DNA of 63,679 nucleotides, counting the filler. It is 4 parts of 4 records of this genome, joined end to end, with 100 filler letters (N's around TTAATTAATTAA, not from the genome) between each part and the next. Parts side by side here need not be neighbours in the genome. Positions count along the whole stretch, not along the records: positions 1 to 8,107 come from DRR378314_1780; positions 8,208 to 27,428 come from DRR378314_1782; 2 more parts are not named here. One strand, given 5' to 3'. Below the pieces are notes generated by a model. It was not told where the DNA came from, did no database searches, and worked only from the letters and a program-made list of their open reading frames with translations. Every line of letters starts with the position of its first letter. Positions within the stretch are counted from its first letter, which is position 1. Shown piece after piece: positions 1 through 9,871 of this stretch. The translations under genes were made by a program, and so were the position numbers.

Positions 1-1
1 T

Positions 2-52
2 GCTATCAAGCGCGCCCGCTTCCTCGCCCTGCTGCCCTACGCTGTGAAGTAA
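2..52 (+). CDS. rpsR: 30S ribosomal protein S18, 3' end (partial)
   Basis: Manual translation AIKRARFLALLPYAVK* matches the S18 C-terminus; lies immediately upstream of rplI. Confidence 0.93.
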   Translation, partial: AIKRARFLALLPYAVK

Positions 53-64
53 GGAGAGACTGAT

Positions 65-685
65 ATGCAAGTTATCCTTCTGGAACGCGTTGCGAAACTG
101 GGCCAAATGGGCGACGTCGTTGACGTCAAACCCGGCTTTGCCCGCAACTTCCTGCTGCCCCAAGGCAAAGCCTTGAGCGCATCGGATGCCAACATCGCGT
201 CTTTTGAGGCTCAGAAAGCGCAGCTTGAAGCGCGCAACCTGGAAACCAAAGCCGAGGCCGCTGCACTGGCCGAAAAGCTGGACGGACAACAGTTCATCGT
301 GATTCGCTCGGCATCGGATGCTGGTGCGCTGTACGGCTCGGTCACCCCGCGTGACGCTGCCGACGCCGCAACCGAGGCTGGTTTCACCGTCGACAAGAAA
401 CAGGTCATCCTGATCGCTCCGATCAAGGAACTGGGCCTGCATTCGGTCGCGGTCAAACTGCACCCCGAGGTTGAAGCCGAGATCAAGATGAACGTCGCCC
501 GTTCGGCAGAAGAAGCCGAATTGCAGGCGTCGGGCAAATCGATTCAGGAACTGGCCGCTGAAGAAGAAGCAGCTGCCGAATTCGAGATTGCCGAACTGTT
601 CGACGACATCGGCTCGGCCGCGTCTGAAGACGAAGAACTGGTTTCTGAAGAAGCGCCAGCTGAAGAAGACGAAGCCAAAGCCTGA
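65..685 (+). CDS. rplI: 50S ribosomal protein L9 with acidic C-terminal tail typical of alphaproteobacteria
   Basis: [33 protein letters not shown]-terminus; AAGGAG RBS; follows rpsR. Confidence 0.98.
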   Translation: MQVILLERVAKLGQMGDVVDVKPGFARNFLLPQGKALSASDANIASFEAQKAQLEARNLETKAEAAALAEKLDGQQFIVIRSASDAGALYGSVTPRDAADAATEAGFTVDKKQVILIAPIKELGLHSVAVKLHPEVEAEIKMNVARSAEEAELQASGKSIQELAAEEEAAAEFEIAELFDDIGSAASEDEELVSEEAPAEEDEAKA

Positions 686-708
686 TCTGGTGGCAGCTAT
701 TGAAATCG

Positions 709-741
709 AAGGGCCACGCATCTGCGTGGCCCTTTTCGTTT
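709..741 (+). terminator. Intrinsic terminator after rplI
   Basis: AAGGGCCACGC-ATCT-GCGTGGCCCTT hairpin followed by a T-rich run. Confidence 0.85.
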
Positions 742-841
742 TCCAATCGGAAAACAGCGGATATTGGCCCGCCGTCGCACCTGAGCTTGCAGTCAGGTCG
801 ACATTGCATATCATCGGCCTCTGCAAACCCGGAGTATACCC

Positions 842-1327
842 ATGCCTTCTCTTCTTCGCCGCACCGTTTTGGCCCTTTTGATCGTGGCGCCGCTTTCTGC
901 ATGTGGTGGCCCCGATACGCCAAGTCGTGGCGAGGCGTTTGATCCGCCACTTTATCCCAACGAAACACCAGAGCTGCGCGCCTCGATCAATAAGTGGGCT
1001 GACCACTACGAATTGCCGCGCGAATTGGTGCACAAGCTGGCCATACGCGAAAGCACACATCGGCCCTGGGCGGTGAACCGTCCTTACTATGGCTTGCTGC
1101 AAATCCTGCCCGCGACAGCGCGCTCTATGGGCTATACTGGAAATGCCCAAGGTTTGCTGGACGCTGATACCAATCTTGAATTTGCTGGCAAATACCTGCG
1201 TGGTGCATGGCTTTTGTCGGACGGAGATCAACAGCGCGCAATATTCCTGTATGCCAAAGGTTACTACCCTGAGGCCAAAGCGAGGGGTATGCTGGTTGAA
1301 ACCGGTCTGGTTTCCGCCACAAATTAG
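842..1327 (+). CDS. Lytic transglycosylase SLT-domain lipoprotein
   Basis: Lipobox LSAC; catalytic IRES motif, GLLQILPATA, NLEFAGKYL. Confidence 0.88.
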   Translation: MPSLLRRTVLALLIVAPLSACGGPDTPSRGEAFDPPLYPNETPELRASINKWADHYELPRELVHKLAIRESTHRPWAVNRPYYGLLQILPATARSMGYTGNAQGLLDADTNLEFAGKYLRGAWLLSDGDQQRAIFLYAKGYYPEAKARGMLVETGLVSATN

Positions 1328-1459
1328 ACGTTTTTACTGCGCATTTTTCCTGTAAAGTATGCACATAACCACTCACAAAAACCGGTGAACCCCGGGATGG
1401 ATACTGTTGTTCTGATGTTACCCTTCGTAGAGGACACGAAATAGATGTGCATCAAAGGC

Positions 1460-1518
1460 ACATTTCCCTTTAAAAGGCAGACATTTCCCCTAGCTTCTTG
1501 TCATGATATGGGAAATGT
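1460..1518. promoter_or_regulatory. Repeated ACATTTCCC motif upstream of luxR (two direct copies and one inverted)
   Basis: ACATTTCCC at 1460 and 1481 (21 bp apart); GGGAAATGT at 1510. Confidence 0.4.
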
Positions 1519-1608
1519 GGTGTCTTTCTTGACGTCAGGGAAGACAGTATCTTTTTTCCTGGTTAAAGGGATCCGCCCTCTCACTCGGGTCTAGCTGGTC
1601 GTTGCCAC

Positions 1609-2310
1609 ATGGATATTGTTGATCTCAGCACCCTACCAGAACAGGATACTCGGTATGACGAGTTCCTGCGTCAGGTCTGTGACAAGTACGAAATGGACCA
1701 CGCGGCCTATGCGGGTATGAACCCGGCTGCGGGTACCATTCATGGTCACGTGACCTATGGCGATGACTGGAAAGCCCACTATCAAGAGCAAGGCCTGCAC
1801 CTGATTGATCCGACGCTGCATATGAGCCAGCGCAGTATCGCTCCGGTAGATTGGAGCCGCCTTGAACGTGGCAAGGACTTCCAGCGTGTGTTTCGCGATG
1901 CACATGATTTTGGCATTCCAGATCAGGGCATTACAATTCCGGTACGCGGGCCATACGGGGATATCGGCCTGCTAAGTGCCGTACGTGAATGTAGCCGGGA
2001 TGAGTGGAAAAAGCTGGTTCCGAATGTGATAAGCGATCTGCAATCTCTGGCCGTACACATCCATGACAATGTGATGACATCGGACACGATCAGCCGGATG
2101 CTATATCACCCCACCCTGTCCAGCCGCGAGTTGGAGATTTTGCAATGGGCTGCGGCGGGTAAATCCCAACAGGATATTGGCGACATCTTATCGATTTCGC
2201 ACCGCACGGTTGAGGTCCACTTGCGTTCATCGCGTGAAAAGCTTAATGCACTGACCACGCCGCAGGCTGTCGGTCGCGCGATCGGGATCGGCCTAATTTA
2301 CCCGGGGTAA
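1609..2310 (+). CDS. luxR: LuxR-family AHL-responsive transcriptional regulator
   Basis: Autoinducer-binding motifs (W..HY, IDP, PVDW, GITIP) and C-terminal HTH LSSRELEILQWAAAGKSQQDIGDILSISHRTV. Confidence 0.95.
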   Translation: MDIVDLSTLPEQDTRYDEFLRQVCDKYEMDHAAYAGMNPAAGTIHGHVTYGDDWKAHYQEQGLHLIDPTLHMSQRSIAPVDWSRLERGKDFQRVFRDAHDFGIPDQGITIPVRGPYGDIGLLSAVRECSRDEWKKLVPNVISDLQSLAVHIHDNVMTSDTISRMLYHPTLSSRELEILQWAAAGKSQQDIGDILSISHRTVEVHLRSSREKLNALTTPQAVGRAIGIGLIYPG

Positions 2311-2347
2311 AGCAAAATCCCCTCATTTTTCGTCCTAAAAAAGCCAA

Positions 2348-2368
2348 TATTACGGGAAACCCCCAATA
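2348..2368. promoter_or_regulatory. Probable lux-type box upstream of luxI
   Basis: Imperfect inverted repeat TATTACGGG-AAA-CCCCCAATA about 60 bp upstream of the luxI start. Confidence 0.6.
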
Positions 2369-2429
2369 GATTCGCCCTCGAATCCGAGTAACGTCTTATC
2401 CACAGACAGATTACTCGAAGGGGGTTAAC

Positions 2430-3284
2430 ATGATTTTGGTAGTTGATGGACTGAACAGACATCTGTTCGGGGAAGTACTTGACGATATGTTCGAACTGCG
2501 CGCTCGGGTTTTTGGCGGGCGACTTGGATGGGACGTCAACATAGAAGACGGCAAGGAAATCGACCAGTTCGATCACCTGGATCCAGCGTATGTAATCGGT
2601 CTCGACGACGAGGGGAACGTCGTGGCCGCAGTACGCGCACTCCAGACCACCGGACCGCACATGCTTTCGGATGTGTTCTCGGATATTCTGTGTGGTGAGG
2701 CACCGATGCGCAGCGCGACCATGTGGGAATCCACTCGCTTTTGCGTCGACACGCAGCGCCTGACGCGCGGCAAAGAAAAGAATTCGGTATCTTATGCGAC
2801 CTGTGAGCTCATGATCGGTTCCCTGGAATACTGCCGCAATGCGGGTATTCAGGATATCATCACTGTGATTGACCCGGTTATGAATCGCGTCCTCAAACGC
2901 TCGAACTGTGCTCCTTACGACTATGTGGGCCAAACCGTTCCAATGGGTAAAGTCCCGGCCATGGCGGCCTTGCTGGATTGCTCTGAAGAACGAATTTCGG
3001 GCCTTCGCGAATTCGCGGACATCCGGCACGATGTCTTTATCGAGGAAGAAGAAGCGCTGGAGATGTTCGAGGCCAAAAAGGCCGCAACACTCAGCCCTGC
3101 AAACCGCGACCACAAACCGCTTACCGATCTTGAGAAATACTTTGTCGAACAGATGAGTTCGGCCAAGACGGAAGAGGAAAGACAGGCAGTTCTGAAACTG
3201 ATCGAGGCCCTGTCAGACACATTCACACCAGAGCAAAAGACCGCTCTGTTACAGACCCCCCGTGCTTTTGCTCATGAGGCCTGA
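2430..3284 (+). CDS. luxI: LuxI-family acyl-homoserine lactone synthase with C-terminal extension
   Basis: MFELRARVFGGRLGW, EIDQFD, RALQTTGPHML and WESTRFCV motifs. Confidence 0.95.
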   Translation: MILVVDGLNRHLFGEVLDDMFELRARVFGGRLGWDVNIEDGKEIDQFDHLDPAYVIGLDDEGNVVAAVRALQTTGPHMLSDVFSDILCGEAPMRSATMWESTRFCVDTQRLTRGKEKNSVSYATCELMIGSLEYCRNAGIQDIITVIDPVMNRVLKRSNCAPYDYVGQTVPMGKVPAMAALLDCSEERISGLREFADIRHDVFIEEEEALEMFEAKKAATLSPANRDHKPLTDLEKYFVEQMSSAKTEEERQAVLKLIEALSDTFTPEQKTALLQTPRAFAHEA

Positions 3285-3315
3285 CCCCCTCACCTCATAG
3301 CACAAAGCCACCCAT

Positions 3316-3351
3316 GCGGAGCCGTCTAATTCTAGGCGGCTCCGCTTTTTT
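3316..3351 (+). terminator. Intrinsic terminator after luxI, between convergent luxI and tig
   Basis: GCGGAGCCGTCTA-ATTC-TAGGCGGCTCCGC followed by TTTTTT. Confidence 0.85.
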
Positions 3352-3381
3352 GTAACCCCAAGTAATGGGGAAGGAAGAGGA

Positions 3382-4713
3382 TTATTCCTCTTCCAGTGCC
3401 TCAACGGCTTTTTGCAGATCGTCTTTGTTGACTTCTTTGTCTGCGACCTGGGCCAGCTCGACGATGTAGTCAACAACCTTGTCTTCAAAAATCGGCGCAC
3501 GCAGCTGCTGCTGCATCTGAGCGTTCTGCTGCACGAACTCGAAGAACTGGCGTTCCTGTCCCGGATACTGACGCGCCTGGTTCATGATCGCCTGCGTCAT
3601 CTCAGCATCAGATACTTCAACCTCGGCCTTCTGGCCCAGCTCTGCCAGCAGCAGGCCCAAACGTACGCGGCGCTCGGCCAGTTTATTGTGTTCATCGGTG
3701 GGCTCGATCGGATCGTGATCGTGGCCTTCGACCTCCGGGTTTTCTTCGTGCCACAGCTGATGTGCAATCTGCTTGGCTTCGGCCTCAACCAGTGACGGCG
3801 GCAGGTCGAATGATACCTTCTCGTCCAGTGCGTCCAGCAAAGCACGCTTCATGACCGCGCGCGATGCGCCGGCATATTCGGCTTCCAGACGCTCAGCGAT
3901 CTGAGTTTTCAACGCGGCCAGATCTTCAGCGCCGAATTTTGTTGCCAGCTCATCGTCAACCTCGGCTGCGACCGGTTCTTTCACCTCTTTGATGGTGCAG
4001 GTGAACACGGCGTCTTTACCGGCCAGATGCTCGGCACCATACTCTTCCGGGAAGGTGACGTTTACGTCTTTTTCTTCCTCGGCTTTCGCGCCAACCAGTT
4101 GCTCTTCAAAGCCGGGGATAAAGCTGTTGGAGCCCAGAACCAGCGGGTAATCTTCCGCCGAACCACCTTCGAATTCTTCGCCGTCAACTTTACCGACAAA
4201 ATCGAACACGATCTGATCGCCGTCTTTGGCTTTCGAACCCTTGCGGCGCGCTTTGAAGTTCTGCGCTGTCTCGGCCAGATTGTTCAGCGCTTCTTCTACG
4301 GCTGCGTCATCGGCTTTGACTACCAGCTTCTCCAGCTCAACCGATTTCAGGTCAACCTCGGGGATCGCAGGCAACGCCTCATAAGACATCTCGACTTCAA
4401 CGTCGTCGCCTTCTTTCCAGTCCTCGTTGGTCATCTTGACCTCGGGCTGCAGGGCCGGACGATCACCGCTGTCTTCAAAGTGCTTGTTCATCGCACCGTC
4501 GATGGTTTCCTGCATCGCTTCACCAAGCAAGCGCTGGCCAAACTGCTTTTTCAGCAGTGCCATCGGCACCTTGCCCTTGCGGAAACCCTTCATCTCAACT
4601 TCGGGCTGTGCTTCGGTAAGCTTTTCGTTAACCTTGTCGTCCAGCTCGGCCGCGGTCACTACGATGTTGTAGCCGCGTTTCAGACCTTCGTTCAGCGTCT
4701 CGGTAACCTGCAT
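3382..4713 (-). CDS. tig: Trigger factor
   Basis: [13 protein letters not shown] start, GFRKGKVP ribosome-binding motif, FKBP domain (FIPGFEEQL). Confidence 0.97.
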   Translation of the reverse strand: MQVTETLNEGLKRGYNIVVTAAELDDKVNEKLTEAQPEVEMKGFRKGKVPMALLKKQFGQRLLGEAMQETIDGAMNKHFEDSGDRPALQPEVKMTNEDWKEGDDVEVEMSYEALPAIPEVDLKSVELEKLVVKADDAAVEEALNNLAETAQNFKARRKGSKAKDGDQIVFDFVGKVDGEEFEGGSAEDYPLVLGSNSFIPGFEEQLVGAKAEEEKDVNVTFPEEYGAEHLAGKDAVFTCTIKEVKEPVAAEVDDELATKFGAEDLAALKTQIAERLEAEYAGASRAVMKRALLDALDEKVSFDLPPSLVEAEAKQIAHQLWHEENPEVEGHDHDPIEPTDEHNKLAERRVRLGLLLAELGQKAEVEVSDAEMTQAIMNQARQYPGQERQFFEFVQQNAQMQQQLRAPIFEDKVVDYIVELAQVADKEVNKDDLQKAVEALEEE

Positions 4714-4846
4714 TTTGGTAGTCCCCATAGGATTCGGGGCGCGCAAAACGGGCGCGCCGGGCAAATTTGACGCCTTCTATTTGCCCTGCCGCCCACGTGC
4801 AAGAGGCAATGGCCCTTTCAGCCCGGTTTTGCCCATCTTCCGGACG

Positions 4847-4877
4847 AAAAAACGCCCCGGTGCAAGCCGGGGCGTTT
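4847..4877 (-). terminator. Intrinsic terminator after the porin gene
   Basis: AAAAAACGCCCCGG-TGCAAG-CCGGGGCGTTT hairpin; U-tract on the minus strand. Confidence 0.8.
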
Positions 4878-4898
4878 GATTAGCAAAGTAAGACGAAA

Positions 4899-6023
4899 TC
4901 AGAACCTCCAGCGGGCACCCAGCACCCAGGCTTCGTTGTTGTCGAACGAGGCACCGTCTTCGAAGTCGTGATTTCGGTATTTCAGGTAGGCATCGGTATT
5001 GATGCTGTCGATACGCTGAACAACGGCGATACCCCACGCATCTGTGTTTGAGCCGTCGTTCTCGAAATCCGAGCCCGAGTAATAGTCGATCCCGATACCG
5101 GTTTTACCCCAGGATAACCACTGGTCCTCATAAGCGATCTTGCCGTAGAAGTAGTTCGGATCAGATGCGCCATCCGCATCATTATCACGCGTGCCTGCTG
5201 CAACGGTAAAGCTCAGGCCACTTTGCAGCAGAACCGAGGCCGACCCGATTGTGTCTTTGCGATCTCCCGATCCATCGTCAGCCGAGCGAACGGCATATGC
5301 CAATGCCGCAGCAAACTCGACCCCGCCACCGAAGGTGTTGTTATACCTCAAACCGATGTCGTAGTAGTCGTCGTCATCGTCGCTGGACAGGATATTCTGA
5401 CCATATGCGATCCCGCCCTTGAAACCGCTGAATTCAGGCGTGTCATAGCGAACGCGACCTCGGCGCCCCCCGTCAAAGTTGCTGCTGGAATCTCCAACGG
5501 TGATATCACTCAGAAGACCGTCGGTGCCACGGTAGAAAAAACCGCCATTCTCGTCATTGGTGAAGGAATAGAGTGCGGTCCCAACATAGGACAGGTCCGC
5601 TTCGGCAGCGCCATCCGATACCATGCTACCCTGACCAGCCGAGAATTTACCCCAGTCACCTGCCAATGCAAAATCGGCGTGACGGATATCTTCACGGGTC
5701 CAGCCGCTGAAATCAGTTCCCAACTGGTTCCACTCGCTTGAATTCGGCAGGCCCAGTCCGGTCTCCAGACGGAACGTGAAATCATTGTTGCCAAATGGCT
5801 GGAACAATTCCAGTCCGACCCGACTGTTCGAAAGGTCGTTGTCCAGCACACGGGTCTCAGTGTCTTCTCCGTCGTCGACCGAGATCAAGGCCGGGTTCAG
5901 CTGTCCATAAAGCAGCACATAACCGCCCGTATTGTTTTCGTATTTCAGTTCAGCGGCGGCAGGCAGTGCGGTTGACGCAGCCAGTACCGTTGCCATTGAA
6001 GTCAGTTTGAAATTCACTGTCAT
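4899..6023 (-). CDS. Outer membrane porin (Gram-negative porin family)
   Basis: Signal peptide ending PAAA, LYGQLN, SRVG, RVRYDTPEFSG; C-terminal aromatic residue (ARWRF); start placed at ATG 6023. Confidence 0.85.
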   Translation of the reverse strand: MTVNFKLTSMATVLAASTALPAAAELKYENNTGGYVLLYGQLNPALISVDDGEDTETRVLDNDLSNSRVGLELFQPFGNNDFTFRLETGLGLPNSSEWNQLGTDFSGWTREDIRHADFALAGDWGKFSAGQGSMVSDGAAEADLSYVGTALYSFTNDENGGFFYRGTDGLLSDITVGDSSSNFDGGRRGRVRYDTPEFSGFKGGIAYGQNILSSDDDDDYYDIGLRYNNTFGGGVEFAAALAYAVRSADDGSGDRKDTIGSASVLLQSGLSFTVAAGTRDNDADGASDPNYFYGKIAYEDQWLSWGKTGIGIDYYSGSDFENDGSNTDAWGIAVVQRIDSINTDAYLKYRNHDFEDGASFDNNEAWVLGARWRF

Positions 6024-6315
6024 GTTATTCACCGTGGATGGTTTTACGAGTTTGATACTGCTCAAATATTCACCGGATCCTGCGTTTCCCGAGATACCGG
6101 ACCAAGTTCCATATTCATTGCTTTTCGCCACAGAGCATTAAGTTGAGATCAAGAATTCAATATGAATTTCAATCCATTAACTGAGTCTCAAAAAGCGACT
6201 CTATTGATTATACAAGAAAACTACCGCTCTGACCGTTGCATTCTGCAAACTTCCGCTATGCGTTTTGCGCTGCGCTCAGCAGCGCAAATTCGCCAGTCTT
6301 GGTAGCAACCGGTCA

Positions 6316-7908
6316 TTAACTGCCAATCTGCCGAAATACTGCTGGCAATTGATCTGCCAAATCTTCGGCAATCAACCCGGGCCCAAAGTTCCGCGCGCAT
6401 TCCACATGCAACCAGGCGGCCGTTTCCGCCGCCTGAAAAGGTTCGAACCCGCGGGCAAGCAATCCGGTGATAAATCCGGCCAAAACATCGCCGGAACCGG
6501 CTGTCGCCAGCCACGGCGCTGCGCGTTCATATCGGGCAGAACTGACCGAGCATTGCCCGCCCGGCGCTGCGATAACCGTGTCAGGGCCTTTGAGCAGAAC
6601 GCAACACCCTGCCCGTTCCGCGGCTTCTCGGGTCGCATCCACCTTGGAAAAGGCTGGGCCATTTGCCGGGTTCTCATTTAGCTTTTCAGCAATATCGGGG
6701 AACAATCGGGCGAACTCACCTCCGTGCGGTGTCAGAACACATTTGTCATGCAACACATCCAGCAGTTCGGCGGGTTGATCGGCAAACGCCGAAATCGCAT
6801 CTGCATCAAGAACAGTTCGGCGCTTTGACGCCAACGCGACGGGCACCAGTTCCCGCGAACGCACCAACCCCAAGCCGGGTCCAAGACAAAGCGAATTCAA
6901 CCGTTCATCCTGCAATAAATCGGATAATTCATCACCCGCATCGACCCGCTGCAGCATAAGCGCGGTGATCTGGCCCGCGACCTCCATCTGTGCTGCGGGT
7001 GGTGCGCCCAGCGTCACCAGCCCTGCACCTATTCGCAATGCTGCGCGGGCTGCCAACCGTGCGGCCCCGGTTTTTCCAACGCCACCTGTCAGGACAAAGG
7101 CGTGTCCATACGAATACTTGTGGTCAGGGTCACTCTTGCTGAGGCTGGGGCCAGCAGGCCGTGCAACCAAACTTGCCACCTCTGTATCGCCAGCCTTGGG
7201 GTCCAGTCCGATATCTTTCACGATCAGCCGACCGCAATAAGATGGACCGTCGCTCAGAATATGCCCAAGCTTGCTTGCGTGAAACGAGACCGTCAGGGCG
7301 GACCGCGCGCACCGGCGACCATGCTGCGGAATCGCGCCGCCAAGAACTTTGCCCGAGTCTGAACAAAGACCCGACGGCAGATCAATTGCGACAGTGCGTG
7401 GCGGAGCGATATCTGTGCCGCAGCCTTGTCTGCGCATTTCCCACGCGTCTGCTGCATCATCATGCGCCCAAAGGTATTCCCACACTGCAGGATCTTCGAT
7501 AGGCCGCGTCAACCCGGTGCCAAACAGCGCATCAATGGAAAGGTTCGGATGCTGAATTTCCGCCTGGCCAAAATCGGCCACAGAGTGTGTTGGCCCCTCC
7601 CATCGGTCATAGTTCACCCGCGCATCCGGTGGCAGTTTCGCGGGATCGCCATACAGAAACACTTCGACTTGCCACCCCTGCCCTCGCAACAACCGCGCGA
7701 CCACGAAACCGTCGCCACCGTTGTTGCCCGGACCGCACAACACCGCCGCGCGACCAGAGCTTTCTACCAGTTCCGGCCATTCTTCCAAAACCGCAGCAAC
7801 GACACCTTCTCCGGCGCGCTCCATCAGCACAAGACCCGTTGCTTGCCCAGACTTGATTGCGGCCTGTTCGATGGTACGCATTTGCCCAGCAGTCAGCAGT
7901 TTCGTCAT
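6316..7908 (-). CDS. nnr: Bifunctional NAD(P)H-hydrate epimerase/dehydratase (alphaproteobacterial copy)
   Basis: LMERAG, GPGNNGGDG, DALFGTG, HKYSYGH, TPHGGEF, LATAGSGDVLAG. Confidence 0.95.
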   Translation of the reverse strand: MTKLLTAGQMRTIEQAAIKSGQATGLVLMERAGEGVVAAVLEEWPELVESSGRAAVLCGPGNNGGDGFVVARLLRGQGWQVEVFLYGDPAKLPPDARVNYDRWEGPTHSVADFGQAEIQHPNLSIDALFGTGLTRPIEDPAVWEYLWAHDDAADAWEMRRQGCGTDIAPPRTVAIDLPSGLCSDSGKVLGGAIPQHGRRCARSALTVSFHASKLGHILSDGPSYCGRLIVKDIGLDPKAGDTEVASLVARPAGPSLSKSDPDHKYSYGHAFVLTGGVGKTGAARLAARAALRIGAGLVTLGAPPAAQMEVAGQITALMLQRVDAGDELSDLLQDERLNSLCLGPGLGLVRSRELVPVALASKRRTVLDADAISAFADQPAELLDVLHDKCVLTPHGGEFARLFPDIAEKLNENPANGPAFSKVDATREAAERAGCCVLLKGPDTVIAAPGGQCSVSSARYERAAPWLATAGSGDVLAGFITGLLARGFEPFQAAETAAWLHVECARNFGPGLIAEDLADQLPAVFRQIGS

Positions 7909-8077
7909 CTCAACCCCTCGGACGATTCCATTTTGATTACTTTTTGTGCAATGCGATCAAAAATTGATCCATAGCCCGCTTTCCCCGCATCTGGCGCCCA
8001 CCAACACAGCTATCGGATTGCCGCACAATCTTAGACGTGATCAGTGCCATCAAGACAACCATGCAAGGTGAGCTGGA

Positions 8078-8107
8078 ATGAAAAAGATCGAAGCGATCAT
8101 CAAGCCG
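8078..8107 (+). CDS. glnB: PII nitrogen regulatory protein, 5' end (cut by the contig end)
   Basis: MKKIEAIIKP; divergent from nnr as is usual in alphaproteobacteria. Confidence 0.85.
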
Positions 8108-8207
8108 NNNNNNNNNNNNNNNNNNNNNNNNNNNNNNNNNNNNNNNNNNNNTTAATTAATTAANNNNNNNNNNNNNNNNNNNNNNNNNNNNNNNNNNNNN
8201 NNNNNNN
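8108..8207. other. Artificial contig linker
   Basis: N-run, TTAATTAATTAA (stops in all six frames), N-run; 100 bp. Confidence 0.99.
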
Positions 8208-8454
8208 GGTTGAAGATCACCAGTTCTGCTTGGTGAGCTGCGAGCAGTGCTCGCAGCTCCTCCAACTTGCCTGACCCGATAAACGTTCGGGAGTCAGGGC
8301 GCTGTCGGCTAGCAGTGAGTAATGTCGCGGGCTCTGCGCCAGCAGAGCGCACGAGCTCTAAGAACTCACCCGGGTCTTCACGTGCTTGCTCATCATGAAA
8401 GTCAACGTGAACAAGTACTGCCGTTTCACCGGCATCTGGGCGCTCAAAAAACAA
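8208..8454 (-). CDS. hflX: GTPase HflX, 5' part (cut by the contig end)
   Basis: MFFERPDAGETAVLVH...FIGSGKLEEL; downstream of hfq. Confidence 0.93.
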
Positions 8455-8490
8455 TCAATACCTCGTGGACTCTCTAGCTATCCAACGGTG

Positions 8491-8739
8491 TTAGATGTCC
8501 GCGTCGGGCGCGGCTGGATCTTGTGCCGGCAAACGCACGTTGCGCGAAGGCACTACCGTGGAAATAGCGTGTTTATAAACCATCTGACTGACGGTATTGC
8601 GCAATAAAATGACAAACTGGTCAAATGATTCAATCTGGCCCTGCAATTTAATGCCGTTCACCAGGAAAATAGAGACCGGAATGCGCTCCTTGCGCAAAAT
8701 GTTCAGGTACGGGTCTTGAAGGGACTGCCCTTTGGACAT
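8491..8739 (-). CDS. hfq: RNA chaperone Hfq
   Basis: [34 protein letters not shown]...[10 protein letters not shown]. Confidence 0.99.
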   Translation of the reverse strand: MSKGQSLQDPYLNILRKERIPVSIFLVNGIKLQGQIESFDQFVILLRNTVSQMVYKHAISTVVPSRNVRLPAQDPAAPDADI

Positions 8740-8890
8740 GTTGCTCTCCCTAAAACTGTCGTTGGGGTTGGTTATAAATGGCGCGCCCTACTGGTGCTGC
8801 GCCGCAATCTTGTTGCCCGAAAGGCCTGGTGTTGTCAAAAGAGCCAGCCGGCCACTCGAAAACACTTGCTTACGAAATCACTATCTTACG

Positions 8891-9829
8891 CTAAGCACCG
8901 CTTTCACGCACGAATTTCAGCACCTTATCCAATACGTCAGGCTGCTGTGAGTCTACCCACGTAAGCGACGGCCAACTTCTTAACCACGTAAGCTGCCGCT
9001 TAGCGAGCTGGCGAGTTGCTATCACGCCACGTTCAATTAACTCGTTTTCGTCGTACTTACCGTCTAAGTGCTCCCATACTTGACGATAGCCAACACTCTT
9101 CATTGCTGGCAAGCCAAGATGGATGTCAGAACGTTGTTTGAGGGCGGCGACTTCATCTATCAAGCCCTCAGCCAACATTGTTTTAAAACGCACCGCAATG
9201 CGGTTGTGTAGCAATTGGCGATCACTAGGGGCTAATGCTATCGACATCACCCGCCAGGGAAAGGTTTCTGGCTGCTGTTCCGCCCATAGCTCGCTCATAG
9301 GACGCCCACTCACATAATATACTTCAAGCGCGCGCATTAAGCGCTGTGGATCATTGGGATGTATGCGCTGCGCTGAATCGGCATCCACTTCAGCCAGCAT
9401 ACGATGAAGTGCCGCCAACCCTTCATTCTGCCGAATAGCTTCCAACCGTTGACGTATGGCGGCGTCTGCGGCGGGTAAGTTAGCCACGCCTTCCACCAGA
9501 CGCTTGAAGTAGAGCATCGTCCCGCCAACCAATAATGGCACGCTGCCTGCCGCGCTGATTTGCCGCATCTCCTGCAGCGCATCTTCACGAAAATCAGCGG
9601 CCGAATACGGCTCAGATGGATCACGAATATCAATCAAACGATGCGGCGCGCGCGCCAACTCGGCAGCACTCGGCTTAGCACTACCAATATCCATCCCGCG
9701 ATATACCATCGCTGAGTCGACGCTGATCAGCTCATGCCCCAGACGCTCATGTAGGGCCATCGCCGTATCGGTTTTACCAGCGGCCGTGGGTCCCATTAGA
9801 AAAATCGCCCAGGGGCGTGTATCAACCAT
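8891..9829 (-). CDS. miaA: tRNA dimethylallyltransferase
   Basis: [38 protein letters not shown]. Confidence 0.97.
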   Translation of the reverse strand: MVDTRPWAIFLMGPTAAGKTDTAMALHERLGHELISVDSAMVYRGMDIGSAKPSAAELARAPHRLIDIRDPSEPYSAADFREDALQEMRQISAAGSVPLLVGGTMLYFKRLVEGVANLPAADAAIRQRLEAIRQNEGLAALHRMLAEVDADSAQRIHPNDPQRLMRALEVYYVSGRPMSELWAEQQPETFPWRVMSIALAPSDRQLLHNRIAVRFKTMLAEGLIDEVAALKQRSDIHLGLPAMKSVGYRQVWEHLDGKYDENELIERGVIATRQLAKRQLTWLRSWPSLTWVDSQQPDVLDKVLKFVRESGA

Positions 9830-9871
9830 CTGCTCTTAGCACTCCTTTCGTTGTCTTAACTAACCACGCCG

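Noticed and set aside
7934-7972. Possible NtrC sites upstream of glnB
   Set aside because: Only partial matches to TGCAC-N7-GTGCA; plausible from context but not supportable from sequence alone.
8152-8163. TTAATTAATTAA palindrome, also at 27473 and 55235
   Set aside because: Embedded in N-runs, identical each time and giving stops in all six frames; a synthetic spacer.
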